27,389 bases of DNA from Gemmatimonadales bacterium (lineage in GTDB: Bacteria > Gemmatimonadota > Gemmatimonadetes > Gemmatimonadales > GWC2-71-9), in the NCBI GenBank assembly GCA_035707585.1, contig DASSTY010000343.1, positions 1 through 27,389 on the forward strand, given 5' to 3'. Below are positions 1 through 6,499 of this stretch, in pieces (the first letter of the stretch is position 1; each line of letters begins with the position of its first letter). Made by a program: the position numbers and the translations under genes. The notes below the pieces were generated by a model. It was not told the DNA's origin. It made no database searches and saw only the letters and a list, made by a program, of their open reading frames with translations.

Positions 1-26
1 GCAGTCGCCGGCGCCTCAGGTTTGAG

Positions 27-56
27 ATTGTAGGCAAGTCCGATCCGAACTGCCAA
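27..56 (-). promoter_or_regulatory. Sigma70-like promoter pointing out of the left edge of the window
   Basis: Minus strand reads TTGGCA (51-56), 18-nt spacer, TACAAT (27-32), in an AT-richer intergenic stretch; the downstream gene is outside the window. Confidence 0.4.
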
Positions 57-100
57 AGGCGCCCTCTACAAAAAAGGCCGTCTGTGATGACGAGCCGAGC

Positions 101-160
101 AAAAGAATTGTGCGCGCGGGGATAAAGTAAGAAATCGGACCCGCGCGCACAATAGTTTTT
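101..160. terminator. Probable intrinsic terminator downstream of thyX, possibly bidirectional
   Basis: Perfect 14-bp inverted repeat ATTGTGCGCGCGGG (107-120) / CCCGCGCGCACAAT (140-153) with a 19-nt loop, flanked by an A-run on the left and a T-run on the right, about 20 nt past the thyX stop. Confidence 0.6.
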
Positions 161-172
161 TCGAGAACGGAA

Positions 173-925
173 TCAGACTTTGTGGTAAGCCACCCGGCCC
201 GCCTGGGTTCCGTCGGGCAACTGATAGAGTTCGAAATCGCCGAAGAGCGCGGGCGCTTCCTGCCGAAGCACCCCAAGTACCGCCGCCGCCATTCTCCGAA
301 TTTCCAGTTCGGCGCCCTCGCCCAGCCGGAGTTCCAGCATGGTGCGCCAGGCGCGGACGTTGGCGCTCACCACGATTTTTACCTCGGTGGCGTTGGGCAG
401 AACGCTGCGCGCCGCCTCCCGAGCCACCTTCCGGCGGTGCACCTTGTTTTCCATCGAGGCGTAGCGGACCATCAGCCGCTCCACCGCCTCTACGTAGGCG
501 GCCTGGGCCGCGGTCACCTGCGCTTCCCATTCCCGTTCCATTGTCTCGTCGCCCTGAATGGCGGGAGGCATGACGAACGCGGCGTGCGACTCGTCCACAT
601 ACCGCTGGGAAAGCTGCGAGTAGCCGAACCCCGCCCGGTGGCGCACCAGCTCATGGCTGCACGACCGGCTGATTCCCTCCAGCAGCAGCACGTAGGTGCT
701 GTGCTCGAACACCGAGCCGTGCCCCTGCTTGAGGATGTTGCCGAGGTATTCGGCGGTGCTCCGGCTGGCAGGATTGTGCTGGCTCATGTAGCAGAGCCGC
801 CCGGCAAACTCGGCCAGCCGCTCGCCGTCGGTGGACTCTCCCTGCCAGTTGACCGGAAGGTGCGGCGGCGCGACGAACTGCGGCCGGGCGATGAGCGTGA
901 CGCGGGGGGCGCGGATGATTTCCAT
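173..925 (-). CDS. thyX: FAD-dependent thymidylate synthase
   Basis: ThyX signature RHRxxxxxSQxSQRYV (ELVRHRAGFGYSQLSQRYV), GHGSVFEH, AREAARSVLP and N-x-R-x-W motifs. Confidence 0.96.
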   Translation of the reverse strand: MEIIRAPRVTLIARPQFVAPPHLPVNWQGESTDGERLAEFAGRLCYMSQHNPASRSTAEYLGNILKQGHGSVFEHSTYVLLLEGISRSCSHELVRHRAGFGYSQLSQRYVDESHAAFVMPPAIQGDETMEREWEAQVTAAQAAYVEAVERLMVRYASMENKVHRRKVAREAARSVLPNATEVKIVVSANVRAWRTMLELRLGEGAELEIRRMAAAVLGVLRQEAPALFGDFELYQLPDGTQAGRVAYHKV

Positions 926-955
926 GAGACTCGGAGTTCGAAGTAGGAACGATGG

Positions 956-2587
956 TCAGGCCAGCTCCAGCCGGCTGCGGGCGTACCCGCCGGTGCGCTC
1001 GATTTCGCGGAGCCGCCGGGCAATATCATCTGGCAGCGGAACGGCGGCGGAGCCGGCCTTGAGCTGCTGAATCGGATTGGTGCCGGCCGGAAGGATAATG
1101 CCGGGATTGAGAATGCCCAACGGATCGAAGGCGGCCTTGACCCGGCGGAAGAGCGCCACCGTGTCGTGGCCGTAGATCCGCTCCAGCAGGCCGGCCCGGA
1201 GGCGGCCGTCGCCATGCTCGCCGGTGGCGGAGCCGCCGAGCTGAACCACCGCATCGCTCACTTCGTGGAACAGCTCCGCCACCGCTTCTTCCCAGTCGTG
1301 GCGCGACAGCTCGGGGAGGAGATTGACGTGGATGTTGCCGTCGCCGGCGTGTCCGAAGATCACCGCGTCGAGCTGGTGGCGCGCGGCGGCGGCGTGGACC
1401 GCGCGAATGTAGTCGCTGATCCGGTCCACCGGCACAGAGGCGTCTTCGATCACCTGGAGCGAGCGGCGATCGTCGGGGAGTCCGGCCAGAATCGGGCTGG
1501 CGGCGTGGCGCAGAGCCCAGAGCTCCTCCTGCTCGGACTCGCTCTCGGCGATCTGGACCTCGGTAACCCACGCTGCCACCGCCGCTCCTGCGGTTCGCGC
1601 GACGGCGGCCGCGGTGGAGTCGGATTCCCGTTCGAATTCCACCAGCAGCACGGCGGCGGCGCGGTGAACCAGGTCGGTGAGCTCGGGCGCCACAGTTCCC
1701 AGCGCGACTACATCGAGGAAGGTTCGATCGAGCAGCTCCAGCGCCGACGGCGAGAAGGGGAGAAGCTCGGTCACCACCGGTGCCACCGCATCGAGGTTGG
1801 GAAGGATCAGTCGCATGCCGCTCGACCCAGGCGGGATCGGGTCGAGCTGCCACTCCACTTCGGTGATGAAGCCGAGGGTGCCCTCGCTCCCAATCAGGAG
1901 ATCAAGCAGGTCGCCCGACTGGAGCCACGACTCAAGCGCGTAGCCGGAACTGTTCTTTCGCACCCGGGGCCAGTGAGAGTCAATTTCGGCGGCGGCGGCA
2001 CGGATGGCGGGCGCGGCGTTCTGCTCAAAGCGGGCGAGCGCTCGGACGTCGCCGTGGGTGTCTCCCTGCGCTTCTCCCCGAGCGAGGTGGGCGACTTCGC
2101 CATCGGTGGTGACCAGTGTGAGTGCCTGAACCCAGGGCCGCACGCTCCCGTAGCGCACCGAGCGAGCACCGGAAGCGTTGGTGGACACCATTCCGCCGAG
2201 CGTGGCCCACTTTCCGCTCGACGGATCGGGAGGCAGCCGAAGGCCGTGCGGTGCCGCCGCCGATTGCAGTGCGGCCAGTGTTACCGCCGCTCCGGTACGG
2301 GCGCGTCCGGTGGCGGGATCGATTTCCAGCGGTGCTCCCAGGCAGCGCAGATCGACGATCACCCCGCTGCCCACGTTGCCGCCGCCCATGGCGCTCCCGG
2401 CACCGCGCGGAATCAGCGGCACCCGGTGCTCGCCAGCCCATTCGATCAGAGTAATGAGGTCGTCGCGATCGGCCGGCTGCGCTACCGCCTCGGGAATGAT
2501 CCGATAGATGCCGGCGCCTTCGGCGTAAGCCGCTCGGGCCCGGAGATCGGTGCGGTAGATGCCGCGAAGCGATGGCGGGTCGATCAT
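956..2587 (-). CDS. FAD-binding oxidoreductase (GlcD/D-lactate dehydrogenase-like, FAD_binding_4 plus FAD-oxidase C domain)
   Basis: PRGAGSAMGG, PDPSS..ATLGGMVSTNASG, IGSEGTLG, FGHAGDGNIH, GEHGDG and FDPLGILNPG motifs. Start placed at ATG 2587 (MIDPPSLRG), which overlaps the upstream stop as ATGA; the N-terminal part of the 859-aa ORF is a shadow frame. Confidence 0.88.
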   Translation of the reverse strand: MIDPPSLRGIYRTDLRARAAYAEGAGIYRIIPEAVAQPADRDDLITLIEWAGEHRVPLIPRGAGSAMGGGNVGSGVIVDLRCLGAPLEIDPATGRARTGAAVTLAALQSAAAPHGLRLPPDPSSGKWATLGGMVSTNASGARSVRYGSVRPWVQALTLVTTDGEVAHLARGEAQGDTHGDVRALARFEQNAAPAIRAAAAEIDSHWPRVRKNSSGYALESWLQSGDLLDLLIGSEGTLGFITEVEWQLDPIPPGSSGMRLILPNLDAVAPVVTELLPFSPSALELLDRTFLDVVALGTVAPELTDLVHRAAAVLLVEFERESDSTAAAVARTAGAAVAAWVTEVQIAESESEQEELWALRHAASPILAGLPDDRRSLQVIEDASVPVDRISDYIRAVHAAAARHQLDAVIFGHAGDGNIHVNLLPELSRHDWEEAVAELFHEVSDAVVQLGGSATGEHGDGRLRAGLLERIYGHDTVALFRRVKAAFDPLGILNPGIILPAGTNPIQQLKAGSAAVPLPDDIARRLREIERTGGYARSRLELA

Positions 2588-3618
2588 CGCAGCAGCGTCG
2601 GCGCCAGATGGCGGTAGTAGCGGCGAATCAGCCGATTGCTCGGCGCTACCAGGTGCGTCATCGCGACCGAACGGTAGACCTGCCGTCGGGTGATCTTGAC
2701 CGTGTGCCCGGGGTCGAGAAGCTGCGCGTCCTGGGCCGCCAGCTCGAGGGTGCGAATCGCCAGGTAGACCGACGTGAGACAGAAGACCCGGATGCCATAG
2801 GCGCGATGAGGCAGCAGGGTGCAGTAGGTAATGGCGTCGTCGAGATGGGTGCGGGCCCGGTCGATCAGTGTAGTCATCACCTGGCGCCCTTCGGCGCGGC
2901 GCTGCGGATCGCAGAGCTCCTCGGGGCTGATACCCGAAAGCTGGCAGAGATCGCGCGGCACAAAGCTCCACCCGCGGCGGCGGTCGGCTGCCACATCCTT
3001 GATGATGTTGGTGAGTTGCAACCCGAGCCCAAAGCTGGTTGCCAATCCCTCCAGCCGTTCGCCCGCCGGATGACCGGCCGGAAACCGAATCCGGAAGAGC
3101 CGGGTCAGCAGGTGCCCCACGGTGCCGGCAACGTAGTAGCAGTAGCGGTCGAGCGATTCGAGATCGGGCAGTGCACGGAAGCGGCCCGGGCCCGCCGCGG
3201 TACCTTCGGCAAACTGGGCCATGCCGTCGCACATCTCGTGAACCCACGGTGCGATCGCAGCGCGTTCTTCGGCCGGCAGGCGGGTAAAGGCGCGCAGTAC
3301 CGCGTCGGCGTGGGCGGCCAGACGTTCGTCGTCGCTGGCGGAGTGCGCAAAGGCGTCGGTCAGGGCGGCGATGGGTCGTGCCGGATCGTCCACCGCGTCG
3401 CGAAAGACGCCCAGCAGCCGGCGCTTTTCCTCGGGCGGCGGCTCGGCGGCATCTTCGATGGTGTCGGCTACGCGGCAGAGCAGGTAGGCCACCAGCACGC
3501 TCCACTCCAGGTCCGCGGGCAGAAACCGGATGCACAGCGCAAAGGTGCGCGACACCAGCGGCATCATCTCCCGGCAGAAGCGCTCGTCGTCTGCTGGAGA
3601 TGTCGCCCGGTGCGGCAC
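2584..3618 (-). CDS. Squalene/phytoene synthase family protein (head-to-head prenyl diphosphate condensation)
   Basis: SRTFAL, YLLCRVADTIED, LDRYCYYVAGTVG and GLQLTNIIKDV motifs. Start is uncertain: GTG 3618 chosen because it follows the upstream stop at 3635; the ORF is open to 3723. Confidence 0.88.
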   Translation of the reverse strand: MPHRATSPADDERFCREMMPLVSRTFALCIRFLPADLEWSVLVAYLLCRVADTIEDAAEPPPEEKRRLLGVFRDAVDDPARPIAALTDAFAHSASDDERLAAHADAVLRAFTRLPAEERAAIAPWVHEMCDGMAQFAEGTAAGPGRFRALPDLESLDRYCYYVAGTVGHLLTRLFRIRFPAGHPAGERLEGLATSFGLGLQLTNIIKDVAADRRRGWSFVPRDLCQLSGISPEELCDPQRRAEGRQVMTTLIDRARTHLDDAITYCTLLPHRAYGIRVFCLTSVYLAIRTLELAAQDAQLLDPGHTVKITRRQVYRSVAMTHLVAPSNRLIRRYYRHLAPTLLR

Positions 3619-3634
3619 GGCAGCCGGCTCGGCT

Positions 3635-4855
3635 TCAGCCGAGGAGGGAGGGAACGAGCCCACGGAGAGAGAAAACCGCCTGAGGGTTGACTGTTTCGTT
3701 GAGGATGCCGGTAACGCGCTCATGGAGACGGGGGCTGCGCGTCACGCGACGGGCCAGGAGATCGGCCAGCCATCCGCGCGAAAGCCATCGTTCGGCGACC
3801 TCGTAGCCCCGGTACTGCGGGCGGAGTTCCCGGTCGAGCAGCGGAGCGATCGCGTCGAGCGCGGCGTCGTTCCCGTTGAGCGCGGCGGCAATCTGCCGGG
3901 CGCAGATCGCACCGCTCGCCATCGCCTTGCCGATTCCTTCTCCGGTGAAGGGGAAGGTGGTGCCGAGCATCTCGCCGGCGGCAACGATGCAGCGGCTTAC
4001 CCGAGGGGCCACGCCGCGGAGCCCGCAACGAAGCCGGGCGCCACTGAGCGGGCCCGGTGCCTGGCCGGCGGCCCGGAGCAGCTTGGCCGGCGGGAACTCG
4101 TTCCAGAACCGGTCGAGCATCTTCCGGAGATTGACCTCCGGCTGCCGCCGCCGCTGGTAGAACACACCGCAGCCGACGTTGTACTCGCCATCGCCCATCG
4201 GAAAGATCCAGGCGTAGCCCGGAAGAATCGAGCGGTCGAATGAGACCAGCATGTCGGGGAATTCCGCGCTCGAGCGAATATAGGTGCGCACCGCCACCGC
4301 CGCCGGGCGATGCGCCGAGCGGGGCAGCCGGTCGGAAACCAGAGAGAGATCGGCGCCGGTGGCCAACAGTACCAGCCGGGCCCGGAGCGGCTGCTCGGCT
4401 CCACGGAGGCGGACCAGCGCGCCGTCGGAATCGTCCTGTACCGCGGCAGCTTCGGCCGCCAGCAGCGCGGCGCCGCGCGCAACCGCTGCGTTGGCCAGGA
4501 AGGTGTCGAACCGGCTGCGGCGAATCGTGAAAAAATCGCCGGGGAGTTTGAAGTGAATCCGGGAAGGACTGTACACCTGCACCGCCGGCACCGGGTGGGC
4601 CAGCTGGCGCAGGGAGTCACTCAGCTGCATGTCGCTCAGAGCGCGGAGCGTGTCGGCGATCAGCCCGTCGCCGCAGACCTTATCGCGGGGATAGCCGTTG
4701 CGCTCGAGGAGCAGTACGCGGTGGCCGGCGCCGGCCAGATGCCACGCGGCGGTGCACCCGGCGGGCCCACCGCCGACTACGATCACGTCCCAGCGTTCCG
4801 CCGCAGCGGTGTCGGCCGTGTGAGTTGCCGCCGGGGCCTTCGGCTCCGCGATCAT
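3635..4855 (-). CDS. Geranylgeranyl reductase family NAD(P)/FAD-dependent oxidoreductase
   Basis: DVIVVGGGPAG, RDKVCGDGL, GYAWIFPMGDGEYNVG and AGE..G..FPFTGEGIGKAM motifs; ATG 4855 overlaps the upstream TGA (ATGA). Confidence 0.88.
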   Translation of the reverse strand: MIAEPKAPAATHTADTAAAERWDVIVVGGGPAGCTAAWHLAGAGHRVLLLERNGYPRDKVCGDGLIADTLRALSDMQLSDSLRQLAHPVPAVQVYSPSRIHFKLPGDFFTIRRSRFDTFLANAAVARGAALLAAEAAAVQDDSDGALVRLRGAEQPLRARLVLLATGADLSLVSDRLPRSAHRPAAVAVRTYIRSSAEFPDMLVSFDRSILPGYAWIFPMGDGEYNVGCGVFYQRRRQPEVNLRKMLDRFWNEFPPAKLLRAAGQAPGPLSGARLRCGLRGVAPRVSRCIVAAGEMLGTTFPFTGEGIGKAMASGAICARQIAAALNGNDAALDAIAPLLDRELRPQYRGYEVAERWLSRGWLADLLARRVTRSPRLHERVTGILNETVNPQAVFSLRGLVPSLLG

Positions 4856-5916
4856 GGCACTCGTACGACGAACGCGGTGGGCGCGATGGCGGAGCGGATT
4901 CCACCGAGCGCAGCGCTGGCCGCAGCGAAGGTCGGATAGGTTCCGAGCCGGACCTTGTAGAACCGGCCCTCGTGATCGATCTGCGGGCGATAGCCGCGGC
5001 GGATGAGCGAGGCGACGATGTCGTTGGCCTCCGTCTCGGTGCGTGTGGCGGCGATCTGGATTCGATAGACCGGAGCGGCCCGCTGCTCCGCTGGCGCCGG
5101 TGTTGGCGTGACCGGTTTGGGCGCTGGTGTGACCGGTTTCGGCGTTGGCGTTACCGGTTTCTCCGCCGGTTTCTCCGTTACGACGACCGGCGGGCGGGCG
5201 CTGTCGCTCCTGGCACGGTTCATCGAATCCACCCGCGCCGCTGGCTGGCGAAGTTCGGTTGGGCGCGGAGTCGGCAGCGTGTCGGGTTTGGCTGCGGGCG
5301 TCGAGTCGGCGGGAACCGCTTTGTTTGCCGCACCAGTGGTATCGGCCTTCGCGCGTTCTCTGACCCTGCTCGTCACCTTGGCTCGTACCCTGGACGACTG
5401 TCCCGCCGCCACCTGCTGCGCGCCGGGTTCCTGCGGGGCGGTTCCCCCCACCGCATCGGCCAGAGTGCGCATCGCCTGCCGCAGCCGAACGCTTACCGGA
5501 TGATCGGGCGGCAGCGGTCGCTCCAGATCGCGCTCGGCCAGCGCCGGGTCGGCCACGGGGCGATACACCGCTTCGACGACGACGTCGGTATGGCCGGGGC
5601 GCCCGGGCCGAAGCCATGCGCGCACCAGCGCTTCATCCTGGCCGAGCGGCCGTCCCGACGCGATCTGTCCGCTGGTATCGAACCAGGGAGTTGCCAGGTA
5701 GCCATCGCCCGGGCGGATCTGGGTGACGGGAATCCGCGCGTTCAGGAGCGCACCGGCCAGGCGAGTCGTCGCGACGTCGGTGGGCAGGTCGAGTTCACCC
5801 GACGGCGCGCTCGGTCCCGGCTGAAAATCGGGACGGCTGGTGCCGGGCCGGCACCCCGCGAATGCGAGCGCAGCCGCGCCGGCGGCAAGCAGAGCCCTGA
5901 GCCGATCAATCCGCAT
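4852..5916 (-). CDS. SPOR domain-containing lipoprotein with Pro/Thr/Lys linker
   Basis: Lipobox-type signal MRIDRLRALLAAGAAALAFAGC; C-terminal SPOR pattern YRIQIAA...A..L...GY......G.FYKVRLG.Y....A; low-complexity linker between. Confidence 0.85.
   Translation of the reverse strand: MRIDRLRALLAAGAAALAFAGCRPGTSRPDFQPGPSAPSGELDLPTDVATTRLAGALLNARIPVTQIRPGDGYLATPWFDTSGQIASGRPLGQDEALVRAWLRPGRPGHTDVVVEAVYRPVADPALAERDLERPLPPDHPVSVRLRQAMRTLADAVGGTAPQEPGAQQVAAGQSSRVRAKVTSRVRERAKADTTGAANKAVPADSTPAAKPDTLPTPRPTELRQPAARVDSMNRARSDSARPPVVVTEKPAEKPVTPTPKPVTPAPKPVTPTPAPAEQRAAPVYRIQIAATRTETEANDIVASLIRRGYRPQIDHEGRFYKVRLGTYPTFAAASAALGGIRSAIAPTAFVVRVP
5105..5167 (-). repeat. Three imperfect 21-bp tandem repeats encoding (K)PVTPxP units in the SPOR linker
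   Basis: ggcgtgaccggtttgggcgct / ggtgtgaccggtttcggcgtt / ggcgttaccggtttctccgcc. Confidence 0.8.
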
Positions 5917-6463
5917 GATCACCCGCCGGTGCGGTGTGGTCGTGGTCATCATGCTCGTGTTCGTCGTGGTCACCATCGTGATGATGGTGGCCTTCGGCGC
6001 GGCCTTCGATTTCCTGCTGCAGCGCCGGCGTGGGCACACCCGCGGCATGTCGGAACACCATCTCTCCGCCGTGCCAGGCGGTGGCACAGACGAACACCAC
6101 CCCGGCCAGCGAGAGCAGTTCCATCAGGCCGCGCTCACCACGAGCCATCTTTCGCTCGCGCGCTATGCGCCAGATTGATACCGCCGCGAAAATGCCGAGG
6201 GTAATGAATGCCAGCGTCTGGTGTTCGGACATGATTTCGTGGACCGCTTCGCTGTGGGCGATGTGGTCCGCCGCCTGGAGGCCGGAGAGCACCGCCAGCA
6301 CGCCGCCGACCGAGCCCGCCAGGATCATCCAGAAGCCGGCCCAGCGGAGCGACTCGCGGCGGGTCAGCAGGTAGAGAATGTCGAAGAGGAACCCCACCAC
6401 CAGGAGAGCGGTGGGAAGGTCGTTTACGGCGGCGTGGAGACTGGCCCAGGTGTAGCCGAACAT
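5906..6463 (-). CDS. DUF2231-like membrane protein with His/Asp-rich C-terminal tail
   Basis: About four hydrophobic helices; H...P near the N-terminus, SG..A, H and AWHGGEMVF motifs typical of DUF2231; tail HHHHDGDHDEHEHDDHDH. Confidence 0.72.
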   Translation of the reverse strand: MFGYTWASLHAAVNDLPTALLVVGFLFDILYLLTRRESLRWAGFWMILAGSVGGVLAVLSGLQAADHIAHSEAVHEIMSEHQTLAFITLGIFAAVSIWRIARERKMARGERGLMELLSLAGVVFVCATAWHGGEMVFRHAAGVPTPALQQEIEGRAEGHHHHDGDHDEHEHDDHDHTAPAGDHAD

Positions 6464-6470
6464 ATCTCTG

Positions 6471-6499
6471 ATTATAGTCGCGGCCGATCCGCCGGTCGA
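6471..6499 (-). promoter_or_regulatory. Sigma70-like promoter, probably giving a leaderless transcript
   Basis: Minus strand: TCGACC, 17 nt, TATAAT, 7 nt, ATG(6463); no Shine-Dalgarno. Confidence 0.6.

Noticed and set aside
1166-2617. Long plus-strand ORFs opposite real genes (also 182-946, 2572-3690, 4825-6204, 8746-10008 and minus-strand 16866-17708)
   Set aside because: Antisense shadow ORFs typical of high-GC DNA, with no motifs and no RBS support.
2588-3535. N-terminal 300 aa of the 859-aa ORF 956-3535
   Set aside because: Arg/Pro-rich shadow frame overlapping the squalene synthase; recognisable FAD-oxidase sequence begins at the ATGA-coupled ATG 2587.
4856-5617. N-terminal extension of the 660-aa ORF
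   Set aside because: Alternative frame of the SPOR gene; the GGR Rossmann motif starts soon after ATG 4855.
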